A stretch of 64,000 bases of DNA, from NCBI GenBank assembly GCA_040954595.2, contig CM082595.2, positions 6,040,137-6,104,136 on the forward strand. The letters are read 5' to 3'. This DNA comes from Balanoglossus misakiensis (Eukaryota > Animalia > Hemichordata). Of this stretch, positions 1 to 21,500 are shown one piece after another (positions within the stretch are counted from its first letter, which is position 1; each line of letters begins with the position of its first letter). Both the position numbers and the translations under genes were made by a program. The notes beneath the pieces are model-generated. The model ran no database searches. It had not been told where the DNA came from and was given only the letters and a program-made list of their open reading frames with translations.

Positions 1-2759
1 CAACGGTGCCTAAAACACCCGATTACCGGCCACAAACGGCTAACCTGCCCCGAATAGACCACATGGTCAGCGCAGGTCTAAAATCCAACTTTTATTTCCT
101 CCAAAAATTTTTATCCCGGCAAAATCCCTGACACAAAATATGACGTCACCCACGACAGCTATCATCAATAATGAATATGTACATTTGAAAAAAAGCATTT
201 CGAATGCCTCCTGAGATTGTGGTAAGGCATTCCCAGTTTCTCTCCCCTGTCTCCCTTCTATCAAACATTGCCGTTAATCGTGATGCCATGGGGGTATTTT
301 TTAACTTCAATATGTCTGCCTAGCTTATAATTTTAATGGGATCATATGCCAGGGGGTTGTACATGTACATGCTGCGCATTTCGGCATCCTGAATCACACA
401 CTGTTTGACGGCAAACGATACGCCGTAAAAGAGACTACTGTTTTAGGTTTATCGTGGCTTGGTGAGGTGTGATTTCGTGTTTTTATGCTCGAGATCAATA
501 TGTCCTCAAAGCACTTTAATACCATGTCGCGTGTTTACTACATATCGCATGTATCCATCAACCTCTCTCTTTCCCCCTTCCACCTCCCTCCCCTCTCCTC
601 CCCATCTCTCCGGGTATAATGAACCGCTGTATAGCAGTTCATTGACGTTCTGCAAACGCGTACAATTTGAATTGCCGCTCGCCTCCTGCGTCATCTGTGT
701 CAATCCAACATTGAAACAGTCGAAAAACCAAATATAAAACCTATATGAAGTTAATCTCGTTTTCGCCGCGCACTGCAGCACTTTTCATATTATCCATCTC
801 ATCGGAAATCAATTGAATGTTTTCAAATTCGGATATGGACGGCGAACGCACCATGATTAATTCAAAACCAATGACAAGCGGGTACTTGAAAGAAGCCCCA
901 CGATACAATTTAATAAAAAAAACTGTCTCAATCGCACAGGCGCGAAATTAAATACAAAGCACAAAGGTTAATGTTTTCATAGAGTATTTCCAAAAGGCCT
1001 AAAGGTTAGCCAGAAAAAAACATCAGGCACTCTTGATATAAAATGCTCATTCACACAACGCACACTTATTAATATTTTGAAAAAAAATGCATGATTGTAT
1101 ATACGTCCATGACTTTCTGTTGCAGATTGCGACTGTGACGTAGCACGTCCAGTGCAGACAACACGACCTGATCAACAATGACAACTGTTTGAGCTGCGCA
1201 GGAGTGTCCTGAGCACAGATTTTCTAATCAATACATTAAAACATTGGAACACATTGTAACCCTTTTCCATTCAAGGCGAAAATGAAAAGCCACCTGTGGT
1301 CTAGACCTCAATGAATGCTTCAGTGATAAGAATGTATCACCCTTTGTTAGACTTGCAACAACTTATGTAATAACTGTTTCTTTTCAGTTGAGACTGGCTA
1401 CAATTTATATACAATCATTCTGTTCCTTATCAACTGGACAGATGGAAAAATCAAAAGTCAGTACATGTATTCTGTGCAGCCGAAACCATTTTGATTGTAA
1501 TTTGTAGTCTGGTGGGGTGACACATCACAAAGTCTCAAACAGTTCGGTGACTCGACGCACGACGATACTGGCCTTTCACTCGACGCACAACAATTCTGGC
1601 CTTTCTGTCCGTTTAACGCCAGTGCACAAAAGACAGCCACGTATTACCTCAAATACAGTTCCACAGTCACACGGAGACGCGCTCCCTCAGGACGGCTCCC
1701 AAATTCCACGCGGCGTCCTCGAAAACATCCACCACGGCTTCACCAAGTCCCTTCGGCAGTTTCAATCTTCAGCTACCACAGTCGACAGGCAAACTCCGTA
1801 CGGTGGGCTCCCAAAACTCCTCCAAGGCGACGGCACAGCTACCAGACCAGAATCAAAACGAGCCACCTGACACTGGATGGTTTTTATACAACCAAAAACT
1901 AACACCTGGTCACGCTAATATGTTAAATAAAGAAATAAACATAGGTGCACCTGGCCACGAAAACAATAGAAAAACTTCTCCTACGTAACACAGTGGACAC
2001 TATGTTAAAACCTCTATAAACCAAACACTTCTACAAGCTTTGCAAGTATGCACGTATGTGTTCGACGTGTATTCATGTGTGGTTAAATGCATATCGGTAG
2101 GGAACATAATACATGCATGACTTGCATGGATATGACCATAAGGTCTCAGTGTGCCATTTTTGACGATCAGTATCTTTCCGTTGTTATTAACCCTCTCATG
2201 CAGGGTAAGATTCCGTGACACATGTTAGTAACGAGTCTTCAGCTTGGTGCTTGTCTGATCACGCGCGTTAAAACCCAGACGTCGCTGAGAGTGTCCTGGC
2301 TGGAGACAGACATAAAATCAAACCGTTGATTTTCCTATTTATGTTCAAAGGTATACGAGACACTGTATTGCGCTGGCAAGGGGTGTTAACTTTTATGAGC
2401 CAGATTTGCACGTGGATGGCAGTCCAGAAGGTACTCTGACTCGTATAACACCGGTGATTTTAGTATAGAGTGTTCTCTTGCTGAGAAATTTAAAGGTTTG
2501 GAAAATGCCGGTAGAGTCACCTTTTCGCTCATAAAAGATTCGATTCGCATGGTCACACCCGCAGTCACGCCCATCCAAGGAAACAACTTTCCACTGACTG
2601 ACTGAATCACTCACTCACTACTAAACTCACTCACTTGCTCATTCGTAGCTCTTATCTTTCTGAGGAGGTGGAACAGACAAACAAACAACAACAACAGCAG
2701 CAACAACAAAAATAACATACTCAATCACCAACTCACTTTCTACAATTGTTTTCCCCTAG

Positions 2760-5454
2760 GTCTAGATTTCAGAGACATGGTTGTTATCTATATTGTGTCA
2801 GCACTGGTTGGTTGCTGCTTCTGTATCGCCCTAGCGCTCAGAATTTGGTAAGTAGAGTATTGTCGTCTGAACAATTTTCAACTGAGAGCACTATGAGACT
2901 TTCTCTTATTTAACACCAATGATTGATTTCTCGACAAAGAAGATTAAAATCTACATCTCGTTAGTAATGACGAGAGAGGAAAGGGTTTCTTCATCTGTTT
3001 CAGTGCACTTTAGTGATCGACACTGGTATTAACTTTCTCTATTCTTTGGCTTCCCATTTCGTCGTCTCGACGTTTAATCAACTACAATGGATCAAACTTC
3101 GACCGGCGATGGCTAATTCCTGCTGCATCCGTTGCCAACAGCAACAGGATAAAAAAGAGCAGGAAGAAAAAGAGCATCGAAAAACGAAACCAGCAGAGAG
3201 AGTCTGCTAAGGTGAGTCAATTTCTAATAAACTTTTAGATTTATACTCATAAAAATGTTTGACTTGTGTCACTTGGCTAGCAACCCGTTGCCATAGTAAT
3301 TTACAATTCCCGTGAGATCTCGCAATGAGAGGAAAATCCTCTTTTCTGCGTTTCCGCAGACACATAGATGTCTTCTGGACACAGTCACGTATACGGGGAA
3401 TTGGTTCAACAGACGGTGTCTCATACAATGATCACTAAATTGTCTAGTACTCTACTTATTCTCCCCATCCCGACATGCTTCTCACGCCCGATAAATTCTA
3501 CGAACGTCGAAGCGTTTGGAATTGCCTGAATCCGCCTGACGTCATGCGTAGTCTGGAACACTAGGTTCTGTACATCCAGTTGGCTTATGACGTCATAGTA
3601 CCGCGCTGGGCCGCCAGTGCAGTGCCCCACACTGTTCCAAATGGATTACCTCTTTCTAATACATCTAAAACGTGACATTTAACGGCGGATAGTGGATTAA
3701 ATTGAAAAGCGTTCACGGTGCAGTAACATCAATTTATAACCTTGCCTCGCGTCTGTTTGGAGAAGAAAGGAGATCAAGATGATTGCTTTTTTGGTGTCAC
3801 TCACTAAACGAGGTCATTCTTCTGATAAATCGCACGTAATTCAATGTAAACTCAAATATTGAATATATGTTTTCGTGGATATAGGTATGCTTTCGTGTTT
3901 TTCTTTCTTTCTTTTGCATTTATGTATAAAGTTTGACATATATGCAGTACGACAAGAATCACTCAGAAAAATTTGACGTGAATTAGCAGGAAGGAAATTA
4001 TGAAATGTTACTAAGTAGTACATATAGGCAAGAATTTCGGTAAGGGAAGTTAGTAATACGTTTCCATCAGGAAATTCGTAATGCATTCATGTAGATTGCT
4101 TTCTTTCTGACAGAAAAGGAACGTGGGTTCAATGAAGAGAACAACGGAACTGATCGCCAAGGAAACGAGCAGAGCTATTCCCAAAGTGGTGTCTAGCGAC
4201 GAGAGCCCAAACCCATCGAAACGGAACTTAACTCTGGAGGCGCTGATCGAGATAGGCGCCCTCACCAAAGCCAGTCTGGGTGTCAACTACCGACCCGAAA
4301 ACGAAGTCGACTCAGGTGCGCGCGCACTTCTCGTGCGGGAGCAGGCGATATATGACGAGAACGCCTACGAGAATCCCGCGTTCAGGTACAGGTCGGATGA
4401 GGAAGTTTACGGGACGGCAGTCATCGAGGTGGAGAGCTCCGACAATGAAAGCGTCGTCGGGCTGACCACGATAAAGGGACGCAAGAGACCCAGGCTAATG
4501 AAACCGCAACTTGTGAAATGCTCAGGAAAGAGAACCGACTCCCGAGATTCGGGTTACATAGAAAACTTTGCCTCCTCGGACAGTCTGAGGATGAAAGCCC
4601 TGGCGAGGGCGATATCGTCGGAGGAAAGAAGACGGAAAAGTGTCCAGCGCGTCAGTGGTCTGACGACAGTTCCAAACGACGAGGAAGATGATTTTATGAA
4701 TGAAATTAGTTCTTGCCCTTGCAACTGCCAAGAGACGCCCACAAAGGCCGTGCTCCGACGCTCACGTTCAAGTTCATTGCCTAATATTGACATCTACGGC
4801 GGAACAAAAGTGCGATGGCAGAAAAATAAGGATATAGCTTACACAATGGACGCAGCCAACGATGATCGTGATAAAACTTATCACAGAGCAGGTGTTCTAT
4901 ATGTGACAGAGAGTGAATCCAGCGATGGGGTCAGTACGGACACTGAGACTGACAGCGGCGATGAATTTGCCCTACCCCCTTGTAATTTTTCCGATTTCCC
5001 ATCCCTGGACGAGGAGCAAACTCCCCCACCCTCCCCCCTGCGGCAGAACGGCTCCGACGACGAGTCGTCGATTATGTACGATATGAAGTGCATGAGACTG
5101 GCGATCAAGCGTTACTCGCAAGAGCTTGAAAGGCCGCCGACGCCGCTACGTCGCTCCCATGCCATCGATATCGCGGAGTCTGACAATTGGCGGCGAGACT
5201 CGATCAACGAGCACTCGCAAAATTTTATACCTTTAGAGGGAATCCAACTGGATTTTTTAGGACCTGTTTACCTGATGGATCTGCAGGACTCTGAAAACGA
5301 GACATCTATTAACACGGGGAGGGGAAATGGCATCGTGAAGAACGAGCCAGCGGTGACAAATAGAGGGGTGAGTGACGTCACCCACCTTGGCGACAGAACT
5401 GGTGGCCACGTCAGGTTTAACGAGCACACTGTTGTGAAAATTGCCGACGTGTGA
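2760..5454 (+). CDS. Partial spliced gene for an uncharacterised single-pass membrane protein. Exons 2760-2847 (TM helix), 3142 or 3148-3211 (basic juxtamembrane), 4114-5454 (long acidic, Ser-rich tail). Tentative upstream exon 1508-1802; 5' end unresolved
   Basis: Canonical AG/GT sites join in frame: GLDFRDMVVIYIVSALVGCCFCIALALRI | IKKSRKKKSIEKRNQQRESAK | KRNVGSMKR... into the 443-aa ORF 4123-5454. No family recognised. Confidence 0.6.
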
Positions 5455-5919
5455 TGAGAGAGAGCGACTGATTGGAACGGGAGCTGATCACTTGAAGGAC
5501 CTGCAGTGGTAAAGAAGGCTTGGTGTGATTGGCTGGCGTGGTCTGCTCCACGGTCACTCCACAAATCTGATTGGCTGTTCAAGGACAAGCCGATCAGCCA
5601 GTGTCCTTCACAATGTGTTTACCCAGCCGCGCCAACCTTCTTCGTGTAGCTGCAGGTCACAAAGCAAGTGAAAAATCAATCCTTGATGACAAACAGGCAG
5701 GATTCAGCCTTCCCCTTTCTCGTTGATCTATAAATGACATGCCAGGACTTTCAAATCTCGGAGCAATATTGCAATAGATATAATGCTTTGCTTTTCTACC
5801 GCTTTGCAAAATGGTGTGAATGCGATGTCTCTTGGCTTTGCCCTTGGCAAAACACTTTTTCTCAGAGTCAGCGTACTATAATACCATTTACATATTGCAG
5901 CAAGCTTACTGATGGATTA

Positions 5920-5972
5920 TGAATGAATGAATGAATGAACGAACGAACGCACGCACGAACAAATGAATGAAT
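5920..5972. repeat. (TGAA)n/(CGAA)n microsatellite
   Basis: Direct inspection. Confidence 0.85.
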
Positions 5973-8900
5973 GACCTGACGGCAAATGGGCAAGCAACGT
6001 ACATTTACAATATTCAGCACAAAACGCGACCATAACAGCGTGCCTACTACCTTGATAAAGTTGAGTTTATTTATCCCTAAACATATAGTTTATAGCGGTT
6101 CGTAGTATAGCGTTCAAATATTGTTTTGTTGACATAGGTATATGTAGCTATTTCAGAGCTTGGGTGAATCAGGTGGGGGTTGGTTACAAAGTAGTAAAGT
6201 GTCACGGTAGCAAAGAATGCGAGAGATGACAGCTGGGATGACATACAGTTGTGTGGCGGGAATTTCTCTGCGTGTGATTGGCTGGAACTTGAAGACACTT
6301 CAAAAACGATTTGCAACACAATAGTTCGTGTTTTGGGTATAGAACCAAAGCTTGCCCACACAATCTGGTGACTCTAGTTCCCTGGTCGATTGTACCACTA
6401 TATAACGAGAAAAAAGATAACACTTCTCGTGATTGAGTACAGTGTCCTCATGACCACCTGTAGAAACGGGACAGAATCTGGAAACCAGTCTGAGTATTCC
6501 ATCATGAACGAGAATGCGACAGAAATCAAGAAATACCCAATCTCTGCCTGAGTGGCTGATATAGCGTGCTCTTATTTACAAAGCGTGCCTTCGTTGTATC
6601 ATTCCAAGTGCAATCTTTGTGGCGTAAACAGGTAAACATTTACAAAATAATGTTGCAAAATATTGTTTGTCCATTTGTTTTTGTTTTCTTTCTGTCGTAC
6701 ACCTGTATTTTGGTTTATTGATTGCCATATATTAAGTTCGACATTTTTTAGTCTTATTTAATATTGATTATATAGACGTATATTGGCAATGTATTAAAAA
6801 GGACCGCTGAACTAAAATGTCCATCGCTGGTGGCGCTCCCTATGTACATATAACAGTACAAATTGTACTAATGTCGCATCAGTCGGGTAAGATTCCTGAA
6901 TGTTTACATTTTGACATTTATTTACATGATCTCGCTATAAAAGTGGCCAAGTTATCGGTTATTTGGCATTTACCTCTGGACGTACATTCTGAGTGTGGTT
7001 GTACGCGCTCATGTACGTCTGATGATCAGGTGGAGCAAACAATAACGTGTGAATATAATTTATATTGGATACTTACGTCAGGGAAAATAGATTCGATCAC
7101 ATACAAGTTGTACGTAACCGCTACCGGAGATTTTCTGGTCTATCATTGATCGATTTTTTTTTATTAATTATATGAAGTGTTTCGGTTGTACAATTTTTAA
7201 TGAAACTTTGATTCGTGTTTTCATGTTTTAAATAAACATCTTTGTACTCGTTTGAATCAAGAGTTTTGTTTAAAAACAACTGGGGGACTTTACTAGAACA
7301 GGTCATTATGAGAGGAGAGAGACACACCCACGAACACAGATTGCAAGGTCGCTGTTACGTTCGCCAAGGTCACCATCGGACTGTTCACGTCTCAGCAACT
7401 CAAACTCGTTTGACACATGCTAGACACCCCCGGGTTAGAACAACATCCATTTTGCGTTGAGATTTCCCGTGTGAAACAGGTTGGAAAAACAATTCCGAAA
7501 TAAGGCAACGCAACTGACTATAAAATGTAACCACTTATAGAAAGAGTTGGCGCCATGCTGCCCCAGACGTAGGCGTTAGTTGTTACTTTGTACTACATTT
7601 CTACACACGCAGTTTATCTGTTGAATCAAATACACACGTGTCCGGATAGACTTTGTTACAGTTGTTACAATCTCAGTCAAATAATCTCACGCATGTCGCG
7701 TTATCAATTTAAATTAGTTTGTTACAATATCTTTCAACAACCGGAACGTCACGTAACCAGCACCAAGTTGGGTTCTAATACAAGCCTGGTGGTCAAAACA
7801 GCGCCCCAAGCAATTATTGTACAGCACTTGGCCGGGCTTGACGTGGAAGTTATGGCAAAGACAGGCAGGCATGCACAAAGAGCTGTGGCCACTACATACC
7901 CCGATGCATGTTTGATAATTCACGTAAATCGCCAGCATTTATGAAATAATGGAGAGTTAAGACTAGTAAAACATTAAGAGAATGTACACACTAGTTATCA
8001 CTGATGACATAGGTACATGTATACACAGATGGAGGCAAGATCATAACATAAGCCTCCTTGACGGTTTTTGAATGCACTAGACTGGACAAAAAAGCCCCAT
8101 CAACTCTTTCTCTGGATGAACACATTTATTGAGCAACTACACATCAGCACATGGGAACAATCCATCATCTACAACAAGGTGTGTTAGACACAAGCTAATT
8201 TACAAAACTCTTAAATTAAGGGCGTATTTTTCAAACATCCAACTTCAAAATCTTTCACAGGTTTCAGATCGTACACAGAGTGACATCTTCTTTCGGTTGT
8301 TAGTGTAAAGTATGGTGTAACTAACGTGGTAACAAAAAAAAGACAAGCATATTTCATCGTTAAAATATCAAGCAGATCAGGCAGAGATTCACAGCGACTG
8401 TAATGTGCAAACAAATGCCATGATTTTAATCTTTACAATGCCTTATATACACATGATGTGAGCACCCACTCTGTACTGGTTACATTAACAAAGTACAAGA
8501 ATCTCAGAATGCAGGGTTATCTCACTAAACGGATATTATTTCAGTGTTCTTCATTTTTGAAATGAATGCCTGGATTGATAGAGGTCCGATTGGCAGAGTT
8601 CCTTGCAGACAAAACCAAAATTGCATTCTCAGAACAAGCCGTATTTTCCTCGTACAGATATCGCGGTACAAGTGGTAAGGTTATCGTCTGCTACCTGTTT
8701 CAAAACTTCCCCAACACAATTTGGTCGATTATTTTCCTTTGTACAGACAGACCTGAACACCAGGCTTACATATACACATGTTCAATATTCATGTTGTTGT
8801 TTCATACATTAATAATTATACATGTATTTATTATGGGTTTGTCTAATCATCAGCAGTTTCATACATTAATAATACATGCCTTTTTACAAGAAAAGCAATT

Positions 8901-9264
8901 TGTTTTTTACTTCATTAACTACTTGGTAACTTGCAAGTAACAAAACCCACAGCAAGCAGAACTTCGACAGATATTCTCATGGCTATGATCAAAATTTGTC
9001 ACATAATACTGCCAATGATCTCAGCTTCTTCTGGACCTGCTACCAATCCAGACTCCATCCCATTTTTAAAAAAAATCAGAAATCAAACAACCCAGCTGAA
9101 CGAAAGCATGCGAGTCAAACAAACTGAACAATGGTATTCAGGTATAAATGTAACACATAAAAGTTTAACTACAGAGGCAATTAGTGTGCATAATGTAACT
9201 GTTACATATTTGGACAAGCACAGGCCAAAAACACAGCTTCCTTTCCAAGTTGGTCTTTCCTCGT

Positions 9265-16801
<7,537 letters not shown>

Positions 16802-17680
16802 CTTTGTATTATAAGTTACAGATATTCTTCTCAGAAATTCCTAAAACAGAAAATCAAAAGTTCATCAACTTTTGCATGTACTACATTTCAAATATTGGTA
16901 CATGTAATACATTGCATTGTATATGTCAAACTAATAAGGATGTCATTTCTTTGACCTTCAGGAAACTACTGGTTCATGAAAGTCAAGTTGCATGACATAC
17001 TAATACAGTTTTGTTCTCTGGGCTTGGGCCTTGATGAAGATTATTGAAAATCTGTTTTCAGCATAGAAAAGATATTTTCGATATATATATATATCTCCGG
17101 TTAACTTTTAAAAAAAATCATAATTTAAAGCATAATTATTATTAGCAATAATAATTAAGCTTTTCTTGCTGAGCAATTGCTTTCATTAAAACACGCTATT
17201 TTTGGAACGATGAAATCTATGATAAAACCATAAGTCGAAATGTCGACCTCGTGATTTACATGCGTCCATCGTCGAGCTCAAGGTCAATCAGAGGTCACCA
17301 GACAGTAAGCACACGTACGCCACTGTGTCCACTTCTATGAAACGCACACTACAAGTCACTGAAGACCGACGCACTTTCTTACTGCTATGACTTTCCGACA
17401 TGATAAAGTGCCAGCCGAAAGTTGCAAGAACTATGACAAAATATTAGTAACGCGATTTGATATTGTCGGTCAGTGACCTCGGACTGGTTCAGTGGTCTTT
17501 GCAGACGACCATTATATCCATGTGCACATTCGACAAAATCACGGTTGCCTTTGGGGGCATAACTTTGCAAATAAATAAACGAAAATGCTTTATCACAATA
17601 TCTAAAGGCCTTGCAATAAAGGTGTTCTGCTTTTCCGGGGCAGGAATACTTTCGAAAATTAAAATCCCATCATATTTTAC

Positions 17681-18190
17681 CTTTGATGTCCTGAATATCA
17701 TGCACCGTGTACCACTCGTTGAAGGAAAGAAAGACAGGCGACCCCAGCTCTGACGTAGTATATTTATATCCTCGTTCGATAACTAAAACCAGTTGATTTG
17801 TCGAACAAGTAAATGTTGCTGTCTTTAATCACACGACAATTTATTGTTCTTAAATCTCAATACTATATAACGCTTGTTCTATTTTACGAGATATTAGTTG
17901 CATTTGAAGGTTCATGTTAATTTCTCTTGATACGAGGGTGGTGCAACGTGGCCGCCATCTTTGCAATCACACGCCGGTAAGTACCGCTGAGAATTTTTGA
18001 TCCGTAAACTGGCAACATATGTCACAATGTGTTAATGCTGTAGGTGGCTGGTTCGTACGTAAGCCACAGACCGTCTGCCGGACAACTTCGCAGGTAGTCC
18101 CACTCGGTTTACTCGACGAAATCGGCGATATTTCGGTACTTCCGGATGTAGGATTCGCGATCGCTGAAATTGACATGGTGATAGTGAGTC
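17681..18190. promoter_or_regulatory. Bidirectional ENO/RER1 promoter with candidate non-coding first exons (ENO ~17681-17737 on minus; RER1 donors at 17977 and 18184)
   Basis: Minus-strand TATAAA at 17763-17768, ~30 nt before a pyrimidine tract and an AAG|gtaaaa donor. YY1-like GCCGCCATCTT at 17951, ETS ACTTCCGG at ~18138, CpG-rich. Both ATG-containing exons are preceded by splice acceptors. Confidence 0.6.
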
Positions 18191-18819
18191 AGCCCTGCAG
18201 TGCTTTGAAGTGACGTTGCATTGTATTCTCGAAGAGTTTCGCCATTTAAAATTTCCGTCTTTGCTTTCCCCGTGTGCCTGTCTTACGAGCGGTAAATATA
18301 CTAAGTTCAGACTGTTGCTTGTTGTCAGGTATGACATGGGAGTGCTTTTGGCTTACACAGTGTTTACAAATTCATGTTTGTATCAATATCATCATTGACA
18401 TTACATGTTTATCGCTATCACATCAGTCTTCCCGTTCATGGACTTTAGACCAATGAACACACGATACTGAAGTCCTTTCAAGCGATTTTATACATACTTT
18501 AAGAGTACAGTACAAATGTATATCATAATGTACCGTCTATTATGCAAACTTAACAATTTGTATTTGTTGGAAACCTGAATCTTTGCTTGACGTCACTATT
18601 GTGTTTATGTAAATCACAAACAGGTGATATTCGCGTCAAACTGAAACCAGGTCAGATCAACTGATCATGCAGATATACACTAATCTTGAAGCCATAGAAC
18701 ATGATCGTGTGATCAGCTCGAACTCACAGTGGATTGTGTACATGTAATGATGTTACTGGTAGACATGGACATGTAAATATGGTGTATTACCCCTATGGAT
18801 ATTATTTACCACAGGGGTA

Positions 18820-18928
18820 ACACTAGCTGCAATGATTGTAGCGGATGCTGCTAGGTTGACTGGTGTGTTGTAGGGCTGCGAAAACCAATCAACCTAGCAT
18901 GCCCCACTACAATCGTTTCAGCTAGTGA
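18820..18928. repeat. Imperfect ~110-bp inverted repeat (probable MITE) in RER1 intron 1
   Basis: cactagctg...ctaggttgactgg / ccaatcaacctag...cagctagtg. Confidence 0.6.
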
Positions 18929-19140
18929 AGCACCAGCAAACGATTATTGTGATTCATCTTTCATTTGACAAATTGAACATTTACATTGCATGCGCAATGG
19001 AATAATATAATCAATAATTATTGGATCATCAATATGTAGGTCAAGCATGTGGATGTGCTAAAGGTGAATGTAACAATGTGTCCAAAGTACATACCAGTAA
19101 CTTTAAAAATAGTCGTTTAGTATGAGCATTTCATTTTCTA

Positions 19141-19332
19141 CAGTTAAAATTTTTGCGATATCGAGAGAAGCCACTGTTTCACGAGTATTATTTTTCGCGT
19201 TCTCTTATTTCATTCACCGCATCGTTATCTTCAAAAAAATGTACGCGACTTTTTATTATTTTCACGCTATTTTGGCTCTCGCGTATTTCGCGAAAATTAA
19301 TTGCTTGCGAAAATAGTGTTTTAATTACAGTA
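19141..19332. mobile_element. MITE family A, 5'-truncated copy next to the RER1 exon acceptor
   Basis: Similarity to 9636-9831. Confidence 0.75.
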
Positions 19333-19377
19333 TTATTTTTTTATACAGATACAGAATACCATTTTGCACAAGAAAAC

Positions 19378-21500
19378 ATGGATGACACAGGGCCACCCAA
19401 GCCTTCAATTATTAGTAGGTTTTTCACCAGAATAGGACAGGTAAGTCGGTGTGCATTGTCTAAATCGGACCACAAATGGACTGAGAAAATTGTTTGGTGT
19501 AAAAGTGTTTGGGGAAAGGTGTGTCACAGATATAATAACATGAAAAATACTACTACATGCACTGCAGTAATTATAACCTTCGTATCAAACTTGATAGGGT
19601 CTAGCACAAAATAGATATACACATCAAATAATAACATCATTGGTGAGAAAATACAAAAGTGGTGAAATTACATATACCTGCTTGAATCAGTGCGGGTAGA
19701 TTTCATTTCTGATCTTGAACTTGAAGGCGTTTTAGGTTTGATGAAAACGCTGCAATTGATGATATGGGCTGACCTTCCGTGTTTGATGCAAGTACAAGTA
19801 ACCCATTTCAATAGTATAACTTCGAAATGTTTTTCTTTTTTGTAGCTGTACCAAGGATGCTTAGATACCTGGACACCATACGTCATTGGCAGATGGATTG
19901 GATCTTTTATATTATTTCTAACATATGCATTAAGAGTGTTTTTTCTTCAGGTGAGTACTGCTTTAGATTGAGCACAGATCCTCCAGAAATGTGTAATTTT
20001 CTACATATGAAGCCTTACCAAAGCCTCCTGTTGTATTCAGTGCAGGGCTCAAATTCATTTTGTAAAGTTGGTACACTCTCACAACCCCTCTCAGATGTAT
20101 TGATTTTTCGTGATCAGATCAATATTATTGTGATCAGTTTCTAAAATTCAAAATTAAAGGTATACGGTCAGCTATGCAAATTTAGCTAGAGTTACCATGG
20201 CAAATTGAGATCTAGCCAATCACAGATTTTCAGTGGGTGGCACACGCTAAAAAAAAGAGCGCCACCATATGTTCTTTAGAATACTCAGATACGCTATTTC
20301 AGCCTTATATGGACGTATGTAACTTGGGGGTGCCGTATATCTTTAAGAGTGTTACAAGTATTGACAGTCCTATCCTTTCCATTGCAGGGTTGGTACATTG
20401 TATCATACGCGCTGGGAATATATCATCTAAATCTTTTTATAGCTTTTCTCTCACCGAAGATAGACCCAGCACTGGTGGATGAATCAGGTAAGGCCATCAC
20501 TGATACTGGCAACTTAACTTTTAGTTCAGTTTGACTCTTGACGTACCGGTAGTCTTATTACACCAGTAAACTTTGTTTCTGCTGGCATTGGGAAAGAATG
20601 ACAAAGACTGTGGATTCGATATTCATTTGACGTAATTTGATCATTATTGAACCTATTTGTTTCGTTTGCAGACGACGATGGTCCATCACTTCCCACTAAA
20701 GCAAATGAAGAGTTTAGACCGTTCATTCGCAGATTACCAGAATTTAAATTTTGGTGAGTGTAGCTGGTTTCATCACCACCTATGTAATGAATAATGCCAG
20801 AGTTTTAGTCTGAGGTTGTTTGTAATAAATTACTAGCGTGTTAGACTTTATGGATTATGTATTTTCATGCATCCTTGCAAGCCTTATGAGAGTCTGATTT
20901 GGTGATTGTACTAACTTCAATGCCAGACTTGGTCTGTGCATTGCATGGTGCACATAATTGTAGATTAATTAACATTCATGTTGTTTTATCTCATTTCACA
21001 GGTACTCTGCCACAAAAGCCATTGTGATAGCGTTTGTGTGTACATTCTTTGAAGTGTTTAATGTGCCGGTGTTTTGGCCGATATTGGTAGTCTATTTCAT
21101 CACTTTGTTTTGTATAACCATGAAGAGGCAGATCAAGGTAGGATTTCATTTTTTTTTTTGGCAGATTTAAAAAAAAATCACCAAAAGTACCGTGTCATGT
21201 GTGAAATCAAGATCCACCATGATGACTTGGTCTTTTCCTGCAATGAAATTTAACTACTGAATGAGATTACACTGTACTAGAAATAAGTTGTTTTAGGGCG
21301 GGGCATATGATGCTAAGCAACTACCTTGCAAATAAGCCTTAGCAAGAAGAACATCCTGGCAAATAGTTGTTACTTCATTTAACACATGCTTTTCCTTGTT
21401 CTCCTTACAGCATATGATCAAATACAGATATCTTCCATTCTCACATGGGAAGACGAAATACAAAGGAAAAGAAGACAGTGGAACGGTTATTGCTAGCTAA
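19378..21500 (+). CDS. RER1: Protein RER1 (Golgi-to-ER retrieval receptor), 191 aa. Exons 19378-19440, 19846-19950, 20388-20487, 20672-20753, 21002-21137, 21411-21500
   Basis: 576 nt in frame. [68 protein letters not shown]. Confidence 0.97.
20154..20346. mobile_element. TTAA-flanked MITE (AGGTATACGG...CCGTATATCT), Kolobok-like
   Basis: TTAA on both sides, short imperfect TIR. Confidence 0.55.

Noticed and set aside
21218-21290. Possible C/D snoRNA in a RER1 intron (ATGATGA...CTGA)
   Set aside because: No terminal D box or stem and no evident guide
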